Position numbers and translations under genes: made by a program. DNA of 40,875 bases. It comes from a virus. The stretch's first letter is position 1, and the number at the start of each line of letters is the position of its first letter. The stretch is taken from IMG/VR virus record IMGVR_UViG_3300036779_000170; one strand, written 5' to 3'. This document shows, piece after piece, positions 16,939 to 24,505 of this stretch. A model generated the notes under the pieces. It saw only the letters and a list, made by a program, of their open reading frames with translations, was not told where the DNA came from and searched no databases.

Positions 16939-17397
16939 GTGTTACGCAGCGGGCGGGATCTGGTAAAGGGAAAGGGTACCGTGAGAATTTCATCGACTAA
17001 AAAGAATCGGGATTACGACGAAGGAATAGAGCGGCATTACACCGTGCAGCAGGTGGCCTTTCGGTGGAACGTTGCGGTACGCACCATCAGGAGGTTGTTC
17101 GAGAACGAGCCGGATGTGATGCGCATTTGCCTTCCCCGGCAACTCGGGTCCAGCCAAAACCAGCGGGGAACACTTCGCATTCCTGAGTCGGCAGTACAGC
17201 GGGTCCACGATTACCTGAGCATGCCTACGGGACAGGTGGAACCACCGGAAGAAGCGGAGCAGCCCAGGGAAGCGGCACCGCCGAAAGCGAAGAGGAAGCG
17301 CGGACGTCCGCGCAAGGCTACGCCTGCGCTGTCCGACGCGGCACCGGTTTCAGAAGAACCGGAGTTCGGGGATGCCCGAAGCGAAGACGCGCTGTAA
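16939..17397 (+). CDS. Excisionase/MerR-type HTH DNA-binding protein (Xis/RDF candidate)
   Basis: YTVQQVAFRWNVAVRTIRRLFENEPDVMRI...TLRIPESAVQRV. Its 3' end overlaps the integrase 3' end convergently. Confidence 0.6.
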   Translation: MLRSGRDLVKGKGTVRISSTKKNRDYDEGIERHYTVQQVAFRWNVAVRTIRRLFENEPDVMRICLPRQLGSSQNQRGTLRIPESAVQRVHDYLSMPTGQVEPPEEAEQPREAAPPKAKRKRGRPRKATPALSDAAPVSEEPEFGDARSEDAL

Positions 17398-18511
17398 GCT
17401 CGTCGAGCAAATCCTGATGCTTATCGAGATGATGCAAATAATGCCGTTCGGTCACCGCAATCGACGAGTGACCCAACAATTTTTGGATGTGGCGAACATC
17501 TCCGCCTTCGGAAAGCATGGCTACTGCGAACGTGTCCCTGAACCGGTGGGGATGCAGGTCTTTCACGCCGGCGATCTCGCCGAGTCTTCCGATCACGTTG
17601 CGGAGGGTCTCACAAAGACTTTTGAGAGTGCCGTCGCCCGACCAGAAAAAAAACTGCGGATTGGAAGCGGGCAACGCCAGCAGCAGTTTCACGGTCTCTT
17701 CCGGCAGTTTGACTTTAATCGAAGTCCTTCCCTGGGATTTGAGAGGTTTCACGGTCAGGTGTCCGGTTGCCGGGTTCAGCGCGCTCCGTCGCAGCGCAGC
17801 CACGTCACTGATGCGCAAACCGGAGTGCAGGAGCAAAGAGATCAAAGCGTGAGCCCGCTGCCGCCCATAAACATTGCTTGGATTCATACCCTGACGGCTG
17901 ACACCAAAACTGTCGCAGGCTTTAATGATGCGGGCTACTTCGTCCTCGTCAAGCGGAGGCGTGCAGAGTTCCTTCGCTGCCGGCTTTGGAACTCTCGCGG
18001 TCGGGTTGTGCGTGATCCAGCAGCGGGGCTCAGATGCGCACCAGGAGAAGAACGATCTGATGATCGTAAGCTCAGTAGCCCAACTGCCCGGGGCCAGATG
18101 TTTCCGCTGGATGCTTCGAAAGTTGCTGATGTCATCCTCATTGATGGCGCTCATAGGAATGCTGCCGGCGGCTTCGACAAATGGCCGCGTCAATTTTTTA
18201 TAACTGTCGATGGTGTTGGCGGCCAGACCGATGTCAGGATTTTCAAGATGGGTATGCCAAAGAGTCATGGCAGCTGCGACGGTCAGGCCAACTTTGACAC
18301 GACGGTCGACGCCCCGGAGAAGATCCTGCACCTTGCGGTTCGCCACTGCAATCTCGCTGGTCTCAAGGCTGTGGCGGATGGGTTCGTTGGCACTATTGAC
18401 GCGGCCTCTTACCCAGATCGTGCACTGGCAAAGGCCGCCCTTGTCACGACCGGTGCGCAGGCATTCCCGCGAGTGGCGACGGTAGGTTATCAGGTTTGTG
18501 GAAGGCTTCAT
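17318..18511 (-). CDS. int: Tyrosine integrase
   Basis: HSGLRISDV, HPHRFRDTFA, LLGHSSIAVTERHYLH (R, HxxR, H, Y). ATG 18511 (MKPSTNLITYRRH) is preferred over the TTG at 18571. Confidence 0.85.
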   Translation of the reverse strand: MKPSTNLITYRRHSRECLRTGRDKGGLCQCTIWVRGRVNSANEPIRHSLETSEIAVANRKVQDLLRGVDRRVKVGLTVAAAMTLWHTHLENPDIGLAANTIDSYKKLTRPFVEAAGSIPMSAINEDDISNFRSIQRKHLAPGSWATELTIIRSFFSWCASEPRCWITHNPTARVPKPAAKELCTPPLDEDEVARIIKACDSFGVSRQGMNPSNVYGRQRAHALISLLLHSGLRISDVAALRRSALNPATGHLTVKPLKSQGRTSIKVKLPEETVKLLLALPASNPQFFFWSGDGTLKSLCETLRNVIGRLGEIAGVKDLHPHRFRDTFAVAMLSEGGDVRHIQKLLGHSSIAVTERHYLHHLDKHQDLLDELTARLRFGHPRTPVLLKPVPRRTAQA

Positions 18512-18716
18512 TACCTTCACAATATCATGATAGGTACACAAAGCGAGTACACGGCCTGCGAGAATATCCAAAACACCAATGTTTTATGGGGTGAGTCGAT
18601 TCGTCCAATAAACCCAAGACTATTGAAAACGTTGATTTTAAAGGACAGACAAGTGGCCCAAGTGTCCTCAAAAGGCCCAAATACCCCCTCTGTGTACACG
18701 CGTGTACGAATGTTTT
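18512..18716. promoter_or_regulatory. Integrase/methyltransferase divergent intergenic region (attP and promoter candidate)
   Basis: GTACAC at 18534, 18547 and 18694. 14-bp palindrome GTACACGCGTGTAC at 18694-18707. AATGTTTTATG at 18578 and again at 18709-18719, the second copy running 3 nt past this feature into the MTase start codon. AT-richer than its surroundings. Confidence 0.35.
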
Positions 18717-19802
18717 ATGCCAAGTGTTTACTACAACGAATTCGATCCAAAGGCGGCGGCATGGCTGCGCGAACTGATGGAAGGTGGCTTGATTCCGGCG
18801 GGGGATGTCGATGAGCGTTCAATTATTGATGTTCGAGCAGCCGACCTCGCCGGATACACCCAGTGCCATTTCTTCGCCGGGATCGGCGGATGGTCTTACG
18901 CCCTGCGCCTCGCCGGATGGCCGGATGACCGTGCCGTCTGGACCGCAAGCTGCCCGTGCCAGCCGTTCAGCGTCGCCGGAAAACAGGAAGGCCACACGGA
19001 TACCCGCGACCTTTGGCCTGCGTTTTGGCGCATCGCATCCGAGCGACATCCTGACCGAATCTTTGGGGAACAGGTTGCGAACTCTGTTGGATTCGGCTGG
19101 ATCGACCGTGTACGCGCAGACGTGGAGAAGGAAGCGTACGCTCTCGGGATTGCGGTTCTGGGAGCACACAGCGCGGGAGCGCCCCACATCAGACAGCGGC
19201 TGTACTGGGTGGCCAACGCCGAACACGCCCAGCGGAGGCCCGAATACCCGCAGTACGCCGACGCATACGGGCGGAATGGATCTGGAGGGCGCGGCGCACC
19301 TGGTTGGCTGGCCGAGTCCATGCACGCCGAACGGCGGCCGCTCAATGGCACCGGAAAAGATGGATGCGACGGGGCGCACGGCGGACGGCAGGAAGCATGC
19401 GGCGTCACTGGAGCATGCGGCGAAGTTTGCGGGCTGGGCGACACCAACTGTTCGGGATCACAAGGATGGAGCGTCCGACCTGACCAATACTCCAATCAAT
19501 GGATTGCTGGGGAGGCAGGTCAGTCTAACGGGGTGGGGAACGCCGACGTGCCAGGACGCGCAACACTACGGGATTTCGGAGTCGGAGAAATCCAGAGATC
19601 CGAAGAACCTGCGTATACAGGTGCATGGAGCGATTTCGACCGGCTCCCCTGCACCGACGGAAAAACGCGGCTCACTCAACCCGGCCTTCAGCCGCTGGCT
19701 AATGGGGTTCCCGCCAGAATGGTGCGACTGCGCGGTTACGGCAATGCAATCGTTCCGCAAACTGCCGCGCTCTTTATCCGCGCGTGTCTCGCGGAGGACT
19801 GA
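18717..19802 (+). CDS. C5-cytosine DNA methyltransferase (frame A)
   Basis: MPSVYYNEFDPKAAAWLRELMEGG. FAGIGG 18873-18890, PCQPFS 18954-18971, GEQV, GAPHIRQRLYWVA to 19214, GYGNAIVPQ 19734-19760. The middle is G/R/A-rich. Confidence 0.8.
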   Translation: MPSVYYNEFDPKAAAWLRELMEGGLIPAGDVDERSIIDVRAADLAGYTQCHFFAGIGGWSYALRLAGWPDDRAVWTASCPCQPFSVAGKQEGHTDTRDLWPAFWRIASERHPDRIFGEQVANSVGFGWIDRVRADVEKEAYALGIAVLGAHSAGAPHIRQRLYWVANAEHAQRRPEYPQYADAYGRNGSGGRGAPGWLAESMHAERRPLNGTGKDGCDGAHGGRQEACGVTGACGEVCGLGDTNCSGSQGWSVRPDQYSNQWIAGEAGQSNGVGNADVPGRATLRDFGVGEIQRSEEPAYTGAWSDFDRLPCTDGKTRLTQPGLQPLANGVPARMVRLRGYGNAIVPQTAALFIRACLAED

Positions 19803-19806
19803 ATGA
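18805..19806 (+). other. Long +1-frame ORF nested in the methyltransferase gene; coding status unresolved
   Basis: 333 codons. G-W-x-[TS]-P modules start at 19207, 19306, 19432 and 19531. Also GWATPTVRDHKDG and LNPAFSRWLMGFPPEW (19675-19722). Confidence 0.35.
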
Positions 19807-19997
19807 AGCTCTTTTGCCGGCATCTCCGGGTGACCTTCCCTCAGACCGCATACGGCGACAAGACCGCCCACGTCACCTGCCTGGACTGCGGCGACGAATT
19901 CGATTACGACTGGCAGACGATGGAGATCGGCCAGAGAAGAGAACCAATTCAAAAAGGAGAAACCCATGTTTGTGATCCGCCTGATACGCAGAACTGA
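19803..19997 (+). CDS. Small zinc-ribbon protein
   Basis: The ATG directly follows the MTase TGA. Contains CLDCGDEF. Confidence 0.5.
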   Translation: MKLFCRHLRVTFPQTAYGDKTAHVTCLDCGDEFDYDWQTMEIGQRREPIQKGETHVCDPPDTQN

Positions 19998-20325
19998 CAG
20001 CACTAAAACCGACTACGACGGCAAGTACCTGATCGACTTCGACCCGGGGCTGCTCAACGAGAAGGACGAGGAAGACCCCTTCGTGCATCTGGTCGTCACC
20101 GACGCTCCGAAGGACGCGCGGAAATTCGAAAACGAAATCGACGCCTGGAATTTCTACCTCGACAAACCGCTCAGCGCTTTCGCGGTAGACCTGCTGGAGG
20201 TCGAAGCCGAAACACCGAAGGCGGAAGAGCCAGAGACAAAAGAGCCAGAGGCAGAAGCGCCGGAGACAAAGGAACCGGAGGTAAAAGAGCCGGAAGCAAT
20301 AGCACCGGAGGCGGAACATGTTTGA
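19966..20325 (+). CDS. Hypothetical protein with a C-terminal E/P/K tandem repeat; paralogue of 22767-23033
   Basis: DGKYLIDFDP...DPFVHLVVTDAPKDARKFENEIDAWNFY aligns with the minus-strand paralogue. C-terminus ETPKAEEPETKEPEAEAPETKEPEVKEPEA. Confidence 0.6.
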   Translation: MFVIRLIRRTDSTKTDYDGKYLIDFDPGLLNEKDEEDPFVHLVVTDAPKDARKFENEIDAWNFYLDKPLSAFAVDLLEVEAETPKAEEPETKEPEAEAPETKEPEVKEPEAIAPEAEHV

Positions 20326-20497
20326 GGACGACGCCCGCGCGTCCGATATCGGCACTATGGGCCGCTGTCCGCGCTGCAACCGGCGGATCTGGATTGAGTC
20401 CGGCTGCTCGCCGCTGTGCAGTTCCTGCGACGACTTCAGCGACTACGACACCGAAAGAGAGCCGGAGCCCCCGGCGGCTGCAGGAGACGAGGCATGA
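20318..20497 (+). CDS. 59-aa Cys-rich protein (below the ORF-track cutoff)
   Basis: Manual translation: MFEDDARASDIGTMGRCPRCNRRIWIESGCSPLCSSCDDFSDYD... ATG overlaps the upstream stop and there is an ATGA to the next gene. Confidence 0.5.
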   Translation: MFEDDARASDIGTMGRCPRCNRRIWIESGCSPLCSSCDDFSDYDTEREPEPPAAAGDEA

Positions 20498-20676
20498 TCG
20501 ACCACCTGATAACCCGCCGTGTGGACAGCACCTGCCGGATGCCGCCGGCGCATCCGGTGGGCGAGGAGTGCCATATCGTCGGGACCACCTGCTGGTGCGA
20601 AATACATTGCCCGCATTGCCATCCCCCGCCCCAGCCAAAGAAGCCGAAGCCCGAGAAATCTGAGAGTCTTTTTTGA
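20494..20676 (+). CDS. 60-aa Cys/His-rich protein
   Basis: MIDHLITRRVDSTCRMPPAHPVGEECHIVGTTCWCEIHCPHCHPPP... ATGA coupling. Confidence 0.5.
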   Translation: MIDHLITRRVDSTCRMPPAHPVGEECHIVGTTCWCEIHCPHCHPPPQPKKPKPEKSESLF

Positions 20677-20700
20677 TTGCGATGCAAAGGAATAACGGAC

Positions 20701-22461
20701 ATGTTCGTCGAGTTCACAGCCAGCGAAGTCGCGGCCTACTGCCGCGTCCGGGTTCCCGGCCTCAAAAAGATCGGCGCCGAATGGCGCGGCCCCTGTCCGG
20801 TGCATGGCGGCAAAGACCCTAATTTTGCCGTGGATCCGCAGACCGGGATGGCCATGTGCCACAGCCGGTGCGGTCGGGGATTCGACATCATTTCGCTGGA
20901 AATGGCCCTCCGGCGGGTTGAGTTCGTACCCGCCAAACTCGAAGTCTTTCGCATAGTCGGCAGGCCTGAGCCGCAGTGGGAAGACCTCAGTTTTGAGGCC
21001 ACCTACGATTACACCGACGCCGACGGTAATCTGCTCTACCAGGTTGTGCGCAAACCCGGCAAGGTGTTCATGCAGCGCAGGTGGCTGGACGGCAGATGGT
21101 CGTGGGCCCTGGGCGACACACCGCGAGTTCCGTTTCGCCTGCCGGAATTACTGGCCTGCAAAACAGTAGTCGCGGTTGTCGAAGGCGAGAAGTGCGCAGT
21201 AAACATGGTCCGCGCCGGCTGGGTGGCAACTACAAATTCCGGCGGGGCTTGCAACTTCAAACCGGAACTGGTGCCGCATTTCGCCGGCAAGCACGTCGCC
21301 GTGTTCGGTGACAATGACGACAAAGGCAGGCAGCATGTCGACCTCGTGGCGAGGCTCCTCGCGCCAGTGGCGGCCAGTCTGAAGATTGTGGAGATTCCCG
21401 ACCTGCCGGAAAAGGGGGATGTATCTGACTTCCTGGCCCGGGGCGGTACCGGCCTCGATCTGCGCAACCTGTATCGCGCAGCGCCTGAGTGGACGCCTGA
21501 GGTGAAACCAGAGACTCCGCTGGTGCATGAGAACGACCGCTACCTCCGCACCTTCGGCGACGAACTGCGCGCCGCCGGCGGATTTGAAGGCTTCTGGAAA
21601 TCGCTGGACATCGAAGGCCTGCCTACTCCCTTTCCGCCGCTGACCCGCAAGCTGGGCGGAATGCGCAAAGGCGAGGTCTACATACTGGCGGCCCGCACCG
21701 GCCAGGGTAAGACTTCGCTGGTTTTGCAGTTCGCCGATGCCGCGCTGACCTCGCGCACCGGCGTTCTCTTGTTTTCGATGGAAATGGGACACCGTGACGC
21801 CTTCCAGCGCCTGGCGGCGCAGCGGGCCAGGGTGGATTTGTCGCACTTCCGGCATCTGCGGCGAACCGGTCTCGACTCCCCGCTGCTCTGGGAGATGACA
21901 ATGGCGCTGCGGGAGGCGACTGAGACTTACGCCCAGTCGTCTTTATTCGTTTCCACCAAGTCTGCGGTTACCCCGGAATTTCTGCATATCGAATCCATGC
22001 GCGTGCGGGAGCGCAGCCAGGTCGGTCTGGTGGTAGTCGACCACATGCAACTTATGGGCGGCGATCCGAAACTTCGATCCGAATACGAGAAGTTTACGGC
22101 AATTAGCCGAATTACCAAACAAATCGCAGTCAACCTCGATGTACCGCTCATCCTCGTAAGCCAGGTTAACCGCAGCAATGCGGAGCGCAGGGGAACTGAA
22201 CTGGAAATGACTGATCTTCGATCCTCGGGCGCCCTCGAAGAGGACGCCGCCGCCGTCCTGCTGCTCTATTACGACAAGGACGACGTGAAAGAAGCCGAGC
22301 GCGATCCCACCGGCGAACGCATAAAACGCGGCCCTATCAGTACGTGGTTAAAACTGGCCAAAAACCGCTATGGCTGCAGCGGCACTTACGAGAAGCTGGT
22401 GCACATGAAAGCAATTACGCGGTTCGATATGAGCCAGCAGGCTGCGGCGGCTCACGCCTGA
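20701..22461 (+). CDS. Bifunctional primase-helicase (CHC2 zinc finger, TOPRIM, DnaB-like ATPase)
   Basis: GPCPVHGGKDPNFAVDPQTGMAMCHSRC, VAVVEGEKC...FGDNDDKG, Walker A ARTGQGKTS, VVVDHMQLM. Confidence 0.85.
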   Translation: MFVEFTASEVAAYCRVRVPGLKKIGAEWRGPCPVHGGKDPNFAVDPQTGMAMCHSRCGRGFDIISLEMALRRVEFVPAKLEVFRIVGRPEPQWEDLSFEATYDYTDADGNLLYQVVRKPGKVFMQRRWLDGRWSWALGDTPRVPFRLPELLACKTVVAVVEGEKCAVNMVRAGWVATTNSGGACNFKPELVPHFAGKHVAVFGDNDDKGRQHVDLVARLLAPVAASLKIVEIPDLPEKGDVSDFLARGGTGLDLRNLYRAAPEWTPEVKPETPLVHENDRYLRTFGDELRAAGGFEGFWKSLDIEGLPTPFPPLTRKLGGMRKGEVYILAARTGQGKTSLVLQFADAALTSRTGVLLFSMEMGHRDAFQRLAAQRARVDLSHFRHLRRTGLDSPLLWEMTMALREATETYAQSSLFVSTKSAVTPEFLHIESMRVRERSQVGLVVVDHMQLMGGDPKLRSEYEKFTAISRITKQIAVNLDVPLILVSQVNRSNAERRGTELEMTDLRSSGALEEDAAAVLLLYYDKDDVKEAERDPTGERIKRGPISTWLKLAKNRYGCSGTYEKLVHMKAITRFDMSQQAAAAHA

Positions 22462-22601
22462 CTGTTAGACTGTCTGATTCGCGCGTTGGCGGATTCCGTG
22501 GAATCGCAGGCCGGTAAAGGCGTGTCCTGAGCGCCCGGCCCGGAAGCCGCTGTTCGGCAGCGGCCCCGGAATCCAACCCGGACGTGCGAAGGGAGGTCTG
22601 T

Positions 22602-22682
22602 ATGACCTTCGTGCTGTCAGTCGCACTTCTGATTTTACTCAGAGTGCGGCGGGTTAAGCTCGGACTCTTTATAGAGTTCTGA
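22602..22682 (+). CDS. 26-codon hydrophobic/basic micro-ORF with a strong SD (type I toxin-like candidate)
   Basis: AAGGGAGG lies 6 nt upstream of the ATG. MTFVLSVALLILLRVRRVKLGLFIEF. Located between convergent operons. Confidence 0.35.
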   Translation: MTFVLSVALLILLRVRRVKLGLFIEF

Positions 22683-22766
22683 TCTTGACACTGTGGGGCG
22701 GCTGGCGCTTGCGAAGTCGGTCGCCCCGCTGACAGCAAACAGTATATATGAACAGCGTTTCGATCC

Positions 22767-23033
22767 TTAACTGATCTCCACGTGGTACGCCGTCAGCGGG
22801 CGGTCTCCCTTGCCGTCCGGCCTGAGGCACCCCGTTGTCTGCCAATAGTAATTGACCGCTTCACGCGCACACGGGAACTGGCGCGCCTCAGCTGGATCGC
22901 AGGTTGTCACGAGGTGAACCCACGGCCTGCCGTCCGGATCGACGCCGCCGCGCGTCGGGTCGTATTCCTGAATAAATCTGCCGTCCAGTTTCGTGGCTAC
23001 GTTGTCACACCGGGAAAGAATTCGGATCGTCAT
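22767..23033 (-). CDS. Hypothetical protein, paralogue of 19966-20325
   Basis: MTIRILSRCDNVATKLDGRFIQEYDP...RPWVHLVTTCDPAEARQFPCAREAVNYY. Confidence 0.6.
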   Translation of the reverse strand: MTIRILSRCDNVATKLDGRFIQEYDPTRGGVDPDGRPWVHLVTTCDPAEARQFPCAREAVNYYWQTTGCLRPDGKGDRPLTAYHVEIS

Positions 23034-23292
23034 AGTGCGGAACCTCAATTTCGTATTCATCATCCGTAAGGCCGGTAACGCGCCCCGCTTTCAGATCCAC
23101 GTTCAGCGGAATAATGCCTGTAATAAAACCATCGCCGCTTCTGACAATACCTTCCAGCCCCAGTGCCACCGCCGCGCCGTTGGGACTCACTAAAATAACT
23201 TCGCCATAACACCATTCGTCATTCGTGCCCAACTTTCGCACGCGGACCCGTTCGCCCTTTATCAGCCCGCGTGGTTGCGCCTGATGAGGCAT
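23005..23292 (-). CDS. Hypothetical protein
   Basis: ORF track entry, in the co-oriented gene chain. Confidence 0.55.
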   Translation of the reverse strand: MPHQAQPRGLIKGERVRVRKLGTNDEWCYGEVILVSPNGAAVALGLEGIVRSGDGFITGIIPLNVDLKAGRVTGLTDDEYEIEVPHYDDPNSFPV

Positions 23293-23592
23293 TCAGTTTC
23301 GGTTCCGCCAATCGTTTGGCACGATGTCCTGCATTTCGTTTTTAACGGCGCTGTAGTCATCGGAGGTTGTACCGTCAGCCTGAATCCAGCCCGCGTGTTC
23401 CGCTTCCGGTATTTCCTTGAAACAGCAGAGGCAGATAATCAAAGCGCCGGGGTTGCGTTTCATGAAGGCTTGGCCGGACGGGGCCATCGCTACCTGGCGC
23501 GAGCAGCGGGAGCAGTTATGGGCATAGACCGTGCCGCGAGCAACAACGAGGGCATCAGCGGCGGGAGCGCAAACCAGTACTGGTGTTGTCAT
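23293..23592 (-). CDS. Cys-rich hypothetical protein
   Basis: ATGA overlap with the upstream gene. CSRCSRQ ... ICLCCF. Confidence 0.55.
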   Translation of the reverse strand: MTTPVLVCAPAADALVVARGTVYAHNCSRCSRQVAMAPSGQAFMKRNPGALIICLCCFKEIPEAEHAGWIQADGTTSDDYSAVKNEMQDIVPNDWRNRN

Positions 23593-23780
23593 TGCTTTTG
23601 CTCCCGCCTGCACAGGGCCACATGCCGCCGCATTTCGCGGGTCCCCAGCGTAACCCCGCAGAGCCGGCAGGCCAGCAGCACTTTAGGCCGCCCGCTCGCT
23701 TTACGTCTCGCCGCTACCCGGCGCCTCCCGATCTCCGAATAAAGCTGACTTGTCGGTACTTCGCTCAGATCGTTTTGCAT
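23589..23780 (-). CDS. Small basic zinc-ribbon protein
   Basis: RRRVAARRKASGRPKVLLACRLCG...HVALC. Confidence 0.5.
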   Translation of the reverse strand: MQNDLSEVPTSQLYSEIGRRRVAARRKASGRPKVLLACRLCGVTLGTREMRRHVALCRREQKQ

Positions 23781-23913
23781 TTTTAACTCCCCCTCCGAAT
23801 GCTTTCGTAATGCACGCTACGCAGGCGTACGGTTTGTAGTTCAGGGCCTCCAAAGGAATGACAGGTGCGAACCAGTCCGGCGGCTGCTCGCGCCCGCACA
23901 CCGGACAGGTCAT
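23701..23913 (-). CDS. Small zinc-ribbon protein (80-nt overlap with the next gene)
   Basis: MTCPVCGREQ...YACVAC. The tail after about residue 40 looks low quality. Confidence 0.45.
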   Translation of the reverse strand: MTCPVCGREQPPDWFAPVIPLEALNYKPYACVACITKAFGGGVKNAKRSERSTDKSALFGDREAPGSGET

Positions 23914-24110
23914 TCAGATTCCTCATAAGGCTTGTAATTCGGGTTGCCGATGTTTAAAGAGTTGGTGAGCTTGACCAGGGTACGAAACAGGTCGCGTTCG
24001 TCCTGTTTGCAGACCGTGCCCGCCGCGATCCCAAGCGCCATCATCAGCATGAGGTACTGATTCTTTGAGATCGTCAGCACGACGTTCTCACCCTGCTCGC
24101 GGTAACTCAC
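23910..24110 (-). CDS. Small hypothetical protein
   Basis: ATGA coupling at both ends. Confidence 0.5.
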   Translation of the reverse strand: MSYREQGENVVLTISKNQYLMLMMALGIAAGTVCKQDERDLFRTLVKLTNSLNIGNPNYKPYEESE

Positions 24111-24505
24111 AGCACCCCGGCCTCCCGCATCTCGCGCACTGTCGACTGGAAGCTAACCGTCGGTCTGGCCTGCGCCGGCGCGACCTGCTTCACAGCGCGC
24201 GCGCGGCGCGCTTTGCCCTTCTTGTCCCCCAGCCCGTAGGCGTTCGGGTCGAAGTAAGCGGTCAGCGGCGCGTCCCAGTTCTTGCGCCCGATATCGGTCG
24301 ACAGAAACTGCTCCCACGCCCGCCGGCCATCCTTTGTCAGCATGAACCCCCTGCCCGGTTTATAGGCGATCCAGCCGCGCACGAGCATACTGCGAAATGG
24401 CCGCTGGTCGTAGTGCTGCGCATAGTCGATGCTCATGGCATAAGCGGGGCCCTGGTCGGCAAAAGTTTTCAGCATTGGATAGCCGCGATTGGACAGGCTT
24501 ATCAT
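24107..24505 (-). CDS. Hypothetical protein (possible winged-helix)
   Basis: ORF track entry with ATGA coupling. SMLVRGWIAYKPGRGFMLTKDGRRAW. Confidence 0.55.
   Translation of the reverse strand: MISLSNRGYPMLKTFADQGPAYAMSIDYAQHYDQRPFRSMLVRGWIAYKPGRGFMLTKDGRRAWEQFLSTDIGRKNWDAPLTAYFDPNAYGLGDKKGKARRARAVKQVAPAQARPTVSFQSTVREMREAGVL

Noticed and set aside
17372-18814. 480-aa plus-strand ORF.
   Set aside because: It is antisense to the integrase, whose catalytic motifs are unambiguous. The sequence is R/G/S-rich and has no recognisable domains.
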